Below, one piece after another: positions 1 through 11,703 of a DNA stretch of 64,000 nt. The notes under the pieces are model-generated. The model did no database searches and was not told where the DNA came from. It worked only from the letters and a program-made list of their open reading frames with translations. Positions within the stretch are counted from its first letter, which is position 1; each line of letters begins with the position of its first letter. The translations under genes and the position numbers were made by a program. Source of the stretch: Mobula hypostoma (lineage: Eukaryota); assembly GCF_963921235.1 (NCBI RefSeq), contig NC_086108.1, positions 16,244,001-16,308,000 of the forward strand. The letters are read 5' to 3'.

Positions 1-360
1 TGGAGCATACGGACCCCTTCTTTGTAGAAGTCGGCGTCTTGGACCTCCAGAAAGTGGTCCACAGCAGGGGTGATTGATAAGTTTGTGGCCTAAGGTGGAA
101 GAAGATGAGTTATACAGCTCTTGTTACATGCACATGCAGTTCAACTCTTTGAGTGAGTATGCAGAAAGTTTGAAGTTATCCTTCAATCCTTCTAGAAGTC
201 CAAGGTGCCAACTTCTACAAAGAAGGGATCCATATGCTCCATGACCGCTGGACTAAATGTGTAAATGTAGGAGGGGACTATGTTGAAAAATAAATATGCT
301 AGGTTTTCTAAAATTGACTCCTTCTACCTTAGGCCACAACCCTACCAATCACCCCTTGCA
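1..360. mobile_element. Mariner-derived palindromic MITE, truncated by window start
   Basis: Inverted repeats at 66-103 and 318-356; 213-293 encodes a mariner-type transposase C-terminus FYKEGIHMLHDRWTKCVNVGGDYVEK*; 1-53 is the reverse complement of about 190-241. Confidence 0.8.
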
Positions 361-1164
361 TAAACTACTAGGCAAGGTAGAAAGTACTCAAAAGCGGTAA
401 GTGTTGAGGGGATCCACAAAGGTTTGATTTAATTACCTTAATTTACATTTATAGAATTATCAATCTAATTCTTGCCCACACTCAGCTGTGGTTATACAGC
501 ACCTGTGTACTGTAATTTTGTATACTGTATTTTTATGGTTTATGGAAGCAGAGCAGCACTGCAAAAAAATAAATAAATTCCAGTCTAATAATCAGAATAT
601 TCAACGTACGGTTTAAGAAGATTAAATGGTAATTTTATTAATGTTTAAGATATTTAATGATCTGCTGATTAAACTGAGAAAAATCATTTTTGCTTTTCGG
701 GGAGAGTTTCTATGACTAGCAGGAAGCATTTTGCGTGCAGAGTTTGAGGTTTCCTTCTGAAATGCTAGTTAACCTCAGATCAATTATTAATTTCATATCT
801 GATATTAGATTTCAGCTAATCAAAATTATTTAGTGATACACAGTAAAGGGGAGTTTAAGGAATTAGGTCACTGATCAGTCATAACCTTGCTGAATATTAA
901 AAGCAGCTGAAGGGGTTAAACAGGTATTCCTCTCATCAGATCCTGAATCCTCTAACAATACTGTTGAGTTTTACAAATTAGATTTTAGACAAAGGTATGA
1001 CCTGAAAGAAAATTTGGTTTTAACTTTTATTCCATGCTAAACAATGAAAAGTAAAAGAAATGAGATTAAACAATAAGATTATAATTCTGTCATAGATACT
1101 TCACCTCTATTTTTTACAAAGTTATACCCCCCTCCAAAAATATTGGTTGAAAATTAATACATAC

Positions 1165-3467
1165 AGGTCTAGGACAAAGATCTGGAGATAATATTTCTTC
1201 TTTATCCTCATCACTGTCATCTCTTTCAGTTGAAGTCTGTAACTGGACACCAGCTCCACTTTGTACCTCCATATACTTGGGAGATGACCTGGGTGAGGAT
1301 ACTTCAGCTGATTTGAGACATAACATTTGGTTAGTTAGTTCAATCTTTTCATCTCTAGCCTTTTTGATTTGCTGGAATTCTTTGACTGCATCTTTCAGAT
1401 AGGAAGACAGGATATCAGCAGCCAAAGAGCTAGCTTTTGTCTCTTTGTCCTTCTGTTCTTTTCTGAAGTTTTCATTGTCTTCAAAAATGGCCTTTGACTC
1501 CACCACTTTAAAATCCTCACTGTCAAGCATTTTTTCAGATTCAGAACTGAGGCCTGGTACTCTCAGTTGTGCCTCAAGTTGCTTCTTCTCCTTGTTCAAT
1601 AGATCCAAGAGAGGGGTTGGTGTTTTTTTATGAACAGGAGATGATAATTCTTTTTCACTGGGAGAATGCACAGACAACTCAGTGAGGAAATCAGCATCCT
1701 TCTCCAGTGTAATTTTGGGTGGCTTCTTAATGGATACATCAGCCACACTGTGCGTTTCATCTTGATCTTTAAAATTAGGTGGTTGTTCCTCCTTATGAAA
1801 TTCGGGCACACTCTCTAAATTCTGATCATTTAAAGATTTACTGATATCATGAACCAAATCAATGGCAATAGACTCAGAAAACAGAACGTTTGCAATTGGG
1901 TCATTTAAATTGTTTTCAGACTGAGTCGACTTAAAATCAATTTGATCAGAGGTTTTCTTGAGGTAATATCCACACTCTTCTTGCAGCTTTGATTCATCTT
2001 CTGGAAGCTCTGGCCTTCCTTCTTCTCCGCTGTCTTGATCTTGATCTAATTTGACTTCTAACAATGGGTCTTCTTCATCTTTTGCAGTATTGATGGCCTT
2101 ATCGTAACACTTGGGTAAAAGAGAAATCTTGTGGGGAGGTGCAAAAATGCCATACCTGTCCTTGCATCTGAAGTACACAACCCCATTATACATCCCATTA
2201 CCATTACCTTCTGGACTATCCAGCTCTACGCCAGCCCAAAACCCATCTGCAAAGTTGGTTCTTCCCTTAAAGCGTAGAGTGCCTGGCTGGATGCTACTAA
2301 CTAAAACTCTATCACCAATTTGGAATTCATGCATTTCATCAGTTTCGTGTGATGTAGGAGTGTGACAAGGAGAAGGAGAGTGTGAAGGCACAGGTGTCTG
2401 TTCCTCAGTTTCTGTAACACCGTGCTCTACATTTCTGCTCTGAATTGATTTCAAATCTAGAAATTTTTCTGAATGCACACTATCACAACTTGAAAAGGAC
2501 TTTTCACTTAGGTGCTCACTGATTTCGTCATCTGTGCTGATAACTGATGAAGCACTTTGAGAACGCTCCGTTCTTCCATCCACTTCCTCTTGTTTAGAGT
2601 GGTCAAGATCAGACAGCACCTGGAGTCCAGTGACACTTTCATTTCTTGCAGAAAGGGCAGTTACAGATTCAACATCACCTCTAAAACTTTTAATGCACAA
2701 ATTTTCATCCAAGTCTTCAGATAACTTCTGTCTTGATGACTCAAAGTCTTCTGAGTAAGTTGTCTCTTTTCCTGGGGAATGGTGGTCTAAATCTTGAGGA
2801 CACGAATCATTCTTTGACAATATTTTATCTAAAGTCCGATGATCAGACTTTGTATATTCCAAAGTATCGTATTTAATGGATTCTATAAATTTTATGGAAC
2901 TGGCTGAATGATCCTCCTTTTCAGAGCCGCCTTCTTTATCCAAGTAGCATTTCTCGTCCTTCAAATCCTCAAAATGCTCGATTTGAAAAGGGTGCTTTTC
3001 AATTTTAGAAAGATCTGTTTCTTGAGGTAATTTTTGAATACACTCAGGGACGCAGAGAGGCTCTGGTTTCTTATCATCTAATTTTAGCAAGAGTTCAGAT
3101 TTATCATTTTGTTCAGGAAGTCCAAATAAGTCATCTATTTCAGATTCTTCTGATTTTATATTTTCAAGTTCTTCCTGAACATCATCTTGCACGGATTGAT
3201 AATTAGACACTATTTTATCACTAGACCCATTCTCTGACCTGCTGACAGATGGATCTGGCAAGTGGCTAAATTCAGGTATTGCCTTTTGAGGCAAGACTGC
3301 TGGTACATTATCCAGTTGAGATTTCTTTTCAGGTATGGAAATTGGTGAAGCACTTCTAGACAAATCATCAGCTCGACTGTCAATGAGTGTGGACTTGCTT
3401 TTCTCCGATACTTGAAATTCACTGGGGCAGCTGGACTTCTGTCCATCAGGACTTGAAGATCTTTGCT
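1165..3467 (-). CDS. CEP350: CEP350 large exon with CAP-Gly domain (about 2125-2327)
   Basis: ttttttgttacAG/GTATGT; 2303-nt open exon; FQIGDRVLV...GTLRFKGRTNFADGFWAGVELDSPEGNGNG...YFRC...GIFAPPHKI; ends SPDLCPRP. Confidence 0.96.
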
Positions 3468-3639
3468 CTGTAACAAAAAATTATCAATGCTGCTCAATTA
3501 ATTTCTTTAAAGAAAAATATTACATCTAAGCATTGGTATTCAGAATGTCAGAGCTTCCTGAAGTATTTGTAACAAAAAATGCTTAAATTCAGTCTTAAAA
3601 GACAGTGATAACCAAAAAGCAAAGAGATCACAAATCAAA

Positions 3640-4930
3640 AATGAGATTTGCAGATGCTGGAAATTTTGAGCAACACACATAGAACACTGGATTAACTCAG
3701 CAAGCCAGGCAGCCCCTATGGACAAGAATAAACAGTTGACACATCAGATGAGAATGGAAAGAAAGGGGCACAAGCCAGAAATAATATGGGAAGAAATAAG
3801 GAGAGAAGGGAAGAAATCCATGTTCATGCAATCAGGCTGGAGATCACCCAGTCAGAATATGAGGTGCTACTGTTCCAGCCTGAGTTTGGCCTCATCATGG
3901 CAGTAAAGGAGACCATGGACAGACCTGACAGAATGGGAATGGGAAGTAGAATTGAAATGGGTACCCACTGGAAATCCCTGGCTTTTGTGGGGGATAGAGC
4001 GAAGGTGCTTTACAAAGCGGTGCCCCAATCTGTCAGGTCTCACTGATGTAGAAGCTGCACCGGGAGCACTGGATATCATAGATGACCCCAACAGAATTGC
4101 TGGTGAAGTGTTGCCTTGCCTGTAAGGACTGTTTGGGGCCTGAACAGTGGTGAAGGGAGAAGGGTTATGGAGGGAAAGACATGATTAGTAGTAGGATCCC
4201 AGTGGAGATGGTGGAAACTATGGAGAAGGATATGGAGGCATGTAGGATGGTGGGAGAACGGTTGAGGGCAGACGTGCAGGAAATAGAAGAGATACAGGTG
4301 GGGCAGCACTGAATGTGAAAGGGAAATCCCATTCGTTGGAAGAAAAAATTCAGAGGACATTTCAATGTTCTGGAATCGTCTGTTTCATTCTGAGAAAAGA
4401 TACAGTGCAGACAGAGGAACTGAGAAAACGGGATAGCCTTTTTTCAAGTGACAGAGTAGGAAGAGGTATAGTCAAGACAACTGTGAGAGACAGCGAGATA
4501 AAAAGGAATAGAAATGTCAGAGATAGACCAGAAAATCGTGGGTGAAAGGTGGAGGCAAAGTTGATAAAATTAACAAGCTCAGCATGGTGCAGGAAGCCAG
4601 GGCGTTACTAGTGAAGGCTTGAAATATGGACTGTCCCATATAGCTGCTGAAAAGGCATGTTTATAACTGCCCGAGGCTATACCTTTAGTTTGGAGAAAGT
4701 GGGAGGAGCCTAAGTCAAACTTGAGAGTAAGAACTAGTTCTGCCAGATGAGGAAAGATGGTGATGAAAGGGAACTGATAAAGTCTGTTGTCTAGAAAGAA
4801 GCAGAACTTTAAGGACTTCCTGGAAGGGGACGGAAATGTATAAACACTAAATCCATAGTGAAAATAAAGTGATCTGGGCCAGGCAACTGAAAGTGATTGA
4901 AGTGATGGACAGATTACAGACCACATAATG
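3640..4930 (-). mobile_element. Degraded Penelope-like element
   Basis: GIY-YIG remnant (DRLGHRFVKHLRSI...HFNSTSHSHS) and terminal sequence shared with the PLE at 59277-60789. Confidence 0.8.
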
Positions 4931-5464
4931 TTCTAAATGTTGGCTGCCAGAAAAGCATTCCACTTCCTACTTCTTTTTAAGATTAGGACTACATTATTTG
5001 TTACATTCATAAAACCAGACAGGCTTCCGATTACCATTGCATCTCTATTGGTAGAGTAATCCTTCAGTAAGTACCTACCATATGAATAGCCTGGATTGTG
5101 GGACTCCAGGTAGGTCTTACAAGGGATATTGTCAAGCCTGGAAAATTGTAGCTATGGAGGAAAGATTGGATAAGTTTGGGTTGTCTTCTAGTCTTGAGAT
5201 GTATAAAATTGAGAGGATTAAATGGCAGAAATGAGAAGGACTTAATTCCTGAACGGGGGATTAAAAAAAAACTGAGGTGCATAGTAACTGCTAGCAGTAT
5301 TAAAAGTATTTTCACTCAGAGGATGGTAGAGGGATCTGAAATACTTCAAAAGCATAAACTCCCCTCATATTTAAAAAGTAAATGAATATCTGAAGAGCTG
5401 TGATCAACTGGGCTACAGAGCCTGAGATAGGATGTGGAATTAGAAAGGGTAGCTCTTTTCTAGA

Positions 5465-6172
5465 TCTAAGGGGGGTTTCCTCTCTTATGTTACTGTGTAG
5501 GCTAATTAAAATGGCTTCTTTGTTATGTTATACTTGGGAATGCTTCTTTGTTATGTTAAACGCTGAGAAAATCCTTCCCGCTAGCAGTTTGTTGAATCAC
5601 ATTACTGATAAGAAGATGTTATGAACCGATTGGGATTGTTGTTATGTTTTTGGTGTATTTGAAGATACTGTATGTGCAGGATTTTTGGGGCAGAAGGCGG
5701 GAGAGAGGGACAGAGGATGAACCAGGCACTGTGATGTCCGCTAACGGGGGTCGGACCCCAAGGAGGGCATTCGGCGAGGAGAGGAGACGGAGACGAACTT
5801 GTGTAGAGCATCTGGTCAACCACCGTTGTTGGTCCCAGGCGGCCGGTCGAGGTGGTCCGAGGGGTCGCAGGGTGAAGAAGGGTCTTGAGCTCCAACTTTT
5901 TTGTGCACGAAGAGATTGAACTTTGATAAGTGTGGCACCTTTTATTTTCCTTTTATATTTTATTCTCTATTAATTATATAGTTCCAGTAATATCTATAAA
6001 CTGTAAATCATTTAATCATATCTGGTGTATTGTCTGTTATTTGGGTGGGGTGGGGTACATTACACAGCATCTACACAAACTACTACCCAGTTTGGCGGGG
6101 CCGAGGGCTGTTTCCCCAGACGACAGCGAGCCGAACGACCCTGAGGGTGGCCGGGAGGGGGGGTGGGCTACA
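5465..6172 (+). repeat. 5' LTR
   Basis: Aligns along its length with 8980-9686. Confidence 0.93.
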
Positions 6173-6175
6173 TTG

Positions 6176-6193
6176 TGGGGGCTCATCCGGGAT
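6176..6193 (+). promoter_or_regulatory. tRNA-Pro primer binding site
   Basis: TGGGGGCTCATCCGGGAT, one mismatch to the tRNA-Pro PBS TGGGGGCTCGTCCGGGAT, 3 nt after the 5' LTR. Confidence 0.9.
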
Positions 6194-6899
6194 TGAGTCT
6201 ACTGGTATGCTGTGTGGATGCCCTGTTTAAATCTGTAATGTATGTCTCTGTGGGTTATTTGCTGGTTATTGCTGTATACGTGGTAGGTGCAGTCTTTGTT
6301 CAAGTTCAGGCTGGCATTGATGAGTTGGACGTGGCACTCAGGGCTGTCCATGCTGTTGGGAGAGAGAGGAAAAAGTGGTCTGATTTGGAGGTAGTGTCTG
6401 CGAATAAATGTTCTAGCTCTGGCAGGCTCCACCTGGCGCTTGGGATAGTGTCCACCCCAAGAGGGGCGGAGGTGCGCGAGACATGGGCGGAGCGGATCTC
6501 TCAATTGCTAGATTAGTGGCAGTGCTCGGTTGAGGGAGAGCGACAGGGATTGGTTGAAAGTTTAAGTAGGCGGGCTGGTGACGGTGTTAGAGCTGTCAGG
6601 TTCACTTACACAGTAGTGACAGCTGTCAGTTATTTGAAAGAGGGGGGAAAGTTTTCAGTGTGTCTTCTCTGGCTAGGAGGGTGGCTAAATTGCTTGCAGT
6701 GCCAGGGGGATCATTTCAGGGGATCAGCCCCTCCTTCAGTTGTTCAGCTGACCAGAGAGGTGTTGGGAAACTTAGTGGAGGCCCAGTGGGGAAACGGCTT
6801 GGGGTCTCTGGGGAAGCACGTTCCTAGCAATGTACCAATGAACTTCCACAAGGAAAAGACCCTATTCCTGAAGGCTTAGAGGGATCACGCCCCAGGCTG

Positions 6900-7600
6900 T
6901 TGTTACGGATAGAGGGAAGCGATGCTAAAGCCATCCTCGACCCCGGGGCGCAGGTCAAGTTGTTGTACAGTTCGTTTTACAACCGGTGTCTGAAGCATTT
7001 ACCCTTGACAACCGCAAGGGCACCGGAGGTTTTGGATACCAGTGCCAGTAGTTATCCAGAAGACGATGACCCCGGAGTTCATGGGGGCATTGTCTGGGCA
7101 CCCAGCGTGTCAAGTTGCTTCTGAGGACGTGTGTAGCAGCCTTGAGCTGGTACTGAATTTAAGCGAAACCCAGCGGTGGTACATCCTGGGGAAAGTAGAC
7201 CCTCTTAGTAAATGCTCCGAACTACCACGAGGGAGGGGAGTTGACCGCTGAAGACACCTCAGTGAGAGAGAGGTTGCGGCAACTGGACCCTGGCACCGTG
7301 GAAGAGGGAGGCAGCATGTGTGCGGATTATGCGACGTGGTTTAATGTGCTGGATCTGAGGAATGGACATTGCCAGATCCCGAGGAGTGCGGCTGTCGAGC
7401 CGAAGACTGCCGTTATTAGTTCCCTAGGATTATTCTGATCCGAAAAGATGCCCAAGGGCATATCCGGAGCCCCTGCATCCTTCCCGCGGGGCATGAGGAA
7501 GACCATGGGGGAAGTGAAGGAGTGTGGAGTTTTGGCGTATGTGGATGACCGCCTCGAGCTTGGATTCGCCTGGGGGGACTATGAAACGAGGCGAGTGGCT
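6900..7600 (+). pseudogene. Decayed pol remnants (aspartic protease and partial RT)
   Basis: [13 protein letters not shown] protease-like motif; [15 protein letters not shown]...[13 protein letters not shown] motif; YVDD at 7538-7549; stops, frameshifts and large deletions. Confidence 0.8.
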
Positions 7601-7657
7601 GAGCCCGGGTGACAGAAACCAAGTGTCAAATGTGGAAGAGTTTTTGGCCGGAGGAGT

Positions 7658-8368
7658 TTGGTGCAATGTGAGAAAAATGACCTGACATACCAGTTGAACT
7701 TCCTGGTGTTGGAACAGACGGTGGTGGACCTGGGGATGGAAACCCAGGTCGTCAATCTGAATGAGACACAGGGGAGAGAGGGGATTTGCACCGCTGAACT
7801 GAGTGCTCAGAAATGCCAGCCGGAGACTGAGTGCCGCACTTGTGGGACAACCATTGCAGACTTGGAATTCACGCTTGTCAACGTGGAGAAGGAGCAACAG
7901 AATTCCGAGCCGACACTGCGGTCATGTACTGATGAATTAATCCAGCGAGAAGAAACAATGACCCACCTTCCAAGGGATCAGCAGAAACTCAAGACATCGA
8001 TTCAGAAAAGATTGGAAGACTTACAAGTTGGGGAAGATCAAGGAAGTGTTCTGACTAAGGCCAACAGAAAACCGAGAGCCCAGGGAGGGGAGTTTGACTA
8101 CACTCCCGAGGAGGTGAAGAAATGGAGGGCAGATCTCAGAAAAGGGAGGCGGATGCTTGAAAGGAACTTGAAGATGTCTATCGCGAGTTTAAATGAAGTG
8201 GAAAAACTGAAAGTTGACCTGGAAGACGTCATCAGGAAGGAAAAACTGGAGGCTGAACATCCTCTAACTGCTGCTTCTCAGGTCAGGGAGGAAGAAGCTG
8301 GTGGGGTAACTGCGTCCCAGATGGAGATGGCCAAGAACCCTGAGTCAGAACTGCTGAGGCTGTGGTGA
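7658..8368 (+). CDS. Open 236-aa frame containing a captured myosin heavy-chain rod-like segment (7670-8251)
   Basis: EKNDLTYQL, DLEFTLVNVEKEQ, QKRLEDLQVGEDQGSVLTKAN and LKMSIASLNEVEKLKVDLEDVIRK are colinear with sarcomeric MYH rod motifs; expression unknown. Confidence 0.7.
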   Translation: MVQCEKNDLTYQLNFLVLEQTVVDLGMETQVVNLNETQGREGICTAELSAQKCQPETECRTCGTTIADLEFTLVNVEKEQQNSEPTLRSCTDELIQREETMTHLPRDQQKLKTSIQKRLEDLQVGEDQGSVLTKANRKPRAQGGEFDYTPEEVKKWRADLRKGRRMLERNLKMSIASLNEVEKLKVDLEDVIRKEKLEAEHPLTAASQVREEEAGGVTASQMEMAKNPESELLRLW

Positions 8369-8966
8369 GAGTTGAAGGAGTTCCCGAAGAAGCTGACGTC
8401 TCGACTGCAGGAGGCTGTAGGGGTAGCCCTGGCTAAATGTTTCAGTTTGGAGAAACTCGAACAGCAGCTACCGATCGAGGGAATGAGGAAGAATATGGAT
8501 TCGAAGGATGATGTGCTGCACATGTGGTACACACTGACTTTCGCTAACTTTCCTGTGATTGAGGAAGAGACCTTTGGCCCTTCTCCCACTGAGTCAGGTG
8601 TAGTGGGGAGGGCTAGCTGTAGGCAGTCTGAGTTGTGGCAGGACCAGGAAGGTAAAGAAGTGGGGCCCCGGACACAGGATAGGGGGCTCCGAGCTGTAGT
8701 GGTGGCCTGAGTGAGAGAGGAGTTGGCAAGCAGGCCCGAGGTATCCCTAGTAGTGTCTGAGCCTTTTGGGTTTAGGTGAGAGGGTACGGAGGTCTTAGAG
8801 GGTTAAGAAGATCCCAGACAGGTTGGCCTATGTAGCGCCCGTGGGCGGGCGTAAGGTCCACTGTTTGGGGAGCACTGTCACTGTGTGTATCTGTGTATGT
8901 GTGTGTTGTGTGTCTGTAGGACGGGTTGGCGAGTTATTTAGAAGTCATGAGGGCATGACTTTATTT

Positions 8967-8979
8967 GGTGGGGGGAGAG
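8967..8979 (+). promoter_or_regulatory. Polypurine tract
   Basis: GGTGGGGGGAGAG directly before the TG of the 3' LTR. Confidence 0.85.
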
Positions 8980-9686
8980 TGTAAGGGGGTTTCATCTCTT
9001 ATTTTACTGTGTAGGCTAATTAAAATGGCTTCTTTGTTATGTTATACTTGGGAATGCTTCTTTGTTATGTTAAACGCTGAGAAAATCCTTCCCGCTAGCA
9101 GTTTGTTGAATCACGTTACTGATAAGATGATGTTATGAACCAATTGGGATAGTTGCTATGTTTTTGGTGTATTTGAAGATACTGTATACGTGGGGTTTTT
9201 GGGGCAGAAGGCGGGAGAAAGGGACAGAGGATGAACCAGGTGCTGTGATGTCCGCTAACGGGGTCGGACCCCAAGGAAGTCGTTCGGCGAGGAGAGGAGA
9301 CGGAGACGGACTCGGACTCATGTAGAGTGTCTGGTCGACCACCGTTGTTGGTCCCAGGCGGCCGGTCGAGGTGGTCCGAGGGGTTGCAGGGTGAAGAAGA
9401 AGTGTCTTGAGCTCCAACTTTTTTGTGCACGAAGAGACTGAACTTTGATAGTGTGGCACCTTTTATTTTCCTTTTATATTTTATTCTCTATTAATTATAT
9501 AATTCCAGTAATTTCTATAAACTGTAAATCATTTAATCGTATCTGGTATATTGTCTGTTAATTGGGTGGGATGGGGTACATCACACAGCATCCACACAAA
9601 CTATTACCCAGTTTGGTGGGGCCGAGGGCTGTTTCCCTAGACGACAGCGAGCCGAGCGACCCTGAGGGTGGCCAGGGGGCGCTACA
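8980..9686 (+). repeat. 3' LTR
   Basis: TGTAAGGGGG...GCTACA followed by TSD TAGA. Confidence 0.93.
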
Positions 9687-9917
9687 TAGACCATCACAGA
9701 TACAATTCCCATCATATATATTTTTATAGTTCTATGAGTTTGGCTTAGGAAATAGGAAGGTAGGTATTATTTTTAGAAACACAATTTAGTTGTTCAACTA
9801 ATTTTTAAAGTGTTTATACTTGTAAACTTTCAACTTAAAGGCTTTCTTTCATCAAGTTTTTTTGGAATGTGTCATCTCAGGTGTTTACTGAGAGAACATT
9901 TTGATATGCGGACGTAC

Positions 9918-9997
9918 CCTGTTTAACAATGGAACTCAATGACACTTTAGATCTTTCACCCTCAGTAAGCGATTTCCAGCTCTTTGCAGATTCAGTC
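9918..9997 (-). CDS. CEP350: CEP350 internal exon
   Basis: ttttgttttcAG/GTACGT; TESAKSWKSLTEGERSKVSLSSIVKQ; phases 2 and 1. Confidence 0.92.
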
Positions 9998-10329
9998 CTG
10001 AAAACAAAAAGCAGAAATAAAATTTTGAGCTTAAGAGCTTGGCAGATAAATATCATATTGTCTTTGGAATTTTGCAGTGACAAAGGATCGCAGATCTACA
10101 TTGTAGACTGCTTTACTTTTCACAAATTCTGCCCGATTCTGTGCATGTTACAGCAAGATACTCACAACATTTCTGAGCCAAATCCCACAGTCTCAGAAGC
10201 ACAGCAAATTTTGCAGATTATCATTAAACTGCAGAATAGAATGAATTATGTCACTGGATGGAACAATCAACTATTGAAAGAAAATCTGCTAGAAATTTAG
10301 GAAAAGTTTTTGAAAACAGAAATCAAAAC

Positions 10330-10470
10330 ATCACAGATGCTGGAAATCTAAAGAGAATGACAGAAATATTCAGCAGGTCAAGCAGTATCTAAAAAGAGAG
10401 AAACAGAATTACTGTTTCAGTAAAATAATATTTCAAAAGTCACTGACATTGTTCAATGCTCCACTTTCTT
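10330..10470. mobile_element. Old PLE terminal-repeat fragment
   Basis: cagatgctggaaatct...cagcaggtcaagcagtatct matches the PLE terminus in reverse orientation. Confidence 0.55.
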
Positions 10471-10510
10471 AGTAGAAAATACTACTCTTTAAAGAAGTCT
10501 GCAAAAGAAT

Positions 10511-11568
10511 TGCTCTCAAACGCATCTCTCCCATTTCACGCACATCTGCTCTCACCCCATCCTTCTGCCACCCCACTAGGGATAGGGTTCCCCTTGTCCT
10601 CACCTACCACTCCACCAGCCTCCGGGTCCAACAAATAATTCTCCGTAACTTCTGCCACCTCCAACAGGATCCCACCACCAAGCACATCTTTCCCTCCCCC
10701 CCGCCACTTCTACTTTCCGCAGGGATCTCTCCCTATGCGACTCCCTTGTCCATTCGCACCCCCCCCGATCCCTTCCCACCAATCTCCCTCCCGGCACTTA
10801 TCCTTGTAAGCGGAACAAGTGCTACATGTGCCCTTACACTTCCTCCCTCACCACCATTCAGGGTTAGGGTTAGGGTTAGGGTTAGACAGTCCTTCCAGGT
10901 GAGGTGACACTTCACCTGTGAGTCGGCTGGTGTGATATACTGCATTCGGTGCTCCCGGTGCGGCCTTCTATATACTGGTTCAGATTCAGACTGGGAGACC
11001 ATTTCGCTGCACACCTACGCTCTGTCCGCCAGAGAAAGCAGGATCACCCAGTGGCCACACATTTTAATTCCACGTCCCATTCCCATTCTGATATGTCCAT
11101 CCATAGCCTCTTCTACTGTCAAGATGAAGCCACACTCAGGTTGGAGGAACAACACCTGATATTCTGTCTAGGTAGCCTCCAACCTGATGGCATGAACAGA
11201 CTTCTCTAACTTCTGTTAATGCCCCTCCACTTCTTACCCCATCCCCATTTATTTTTTTCCCCTTTCTTTCTCTTTTTTTCCTCCCTCTGTCCCTCTCACT
11301 ATATCTTCCTCTGATGCTCCCCCGCCCCTTTCTTTCTCCCTAGGCCTCCTGTCCCATGATCCTCTCCCTTCTCCAGCCCTGTATCCCTTTTGCCAATCAA
11401 CTTTCCAGCTCTTAGGTTTCATTTCAGATCTCCCCCTCCCCCTTTCAAATCTCTTACTATTCTTTCAGTTAGTCCTGACAAAGGGTCTCGGCCTGAAATG
11501 TCAACTGTACCTCTTCCTATAGATGCCGCCTGGCCTGCTGCGTTCCACCAGCATTTTTTGAGTGTGTT
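10511..11568 (+). mobile_element. 5'-truncated Penelope-like element
   Basis: Colinear with 59668-60752; GIY-YIG remnant (IYCIRCSRCGLLYTG; RLGDHFAAHLRSV...EEQHLIFCLGSLQPDGMN); degenerate hammerhead motif at 11471-11506. Confidence 0.9.
10864..10885 (+). repeat. Short interstitial telomeric repeat (TTAGGG)3TTAG
   Basis: Perfect vertebrate telomere repeats absent from the paralogous PLE site near 60011-60030. Confidence 0.9.
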
Positions 11569-11579
11569 AATTGAAGAAC

Positions 11580-11703
11580 AGTGTTTATACTTGTAAACTT
11601 TCAACTTAAAAGACTTTCTTTTATCAAGTTTTTTTGGAATATGTCATCTCAGGTGTTTACAGAGAGAACATTTTGATATGGATGTACCATGTTTAACAAT
11701 GGA
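11580..11703. repeat. Direct duplicate of 9809-9933
   Basis: About 125 bp near-identical (agtgtttatacttgtaaac...gtttaacaatgga). Confidence 0.92.

Larger units (their letters stand above)
5465..9686 (+). mobile_element. Non-autonomous Gypsy-type LTR retrotransposon with two LTRs
   Basis: Direct repeats 5465-6172 and 8980-9686 (TG...CA; 5' copy starts TC); 4-bp TSD TAGA at 5461-5464 and 9687-9690; PBS; PPT; protease and RT remnants. Confidence 0.95.

Noticed and set aside
1114..3363. 749-aa ORF as a stand-alone gene
   Set aside because: It starts at TTG and is bounded by splice sites (3467 and 1165); it is an internal CEP350 exon
7658..8368. Retroviral env or a nested host myosin gene
   Set aside because: No signal peptide, furin site or transmembrane segment; no introns or motor domain; it lies wholly between the LTRs
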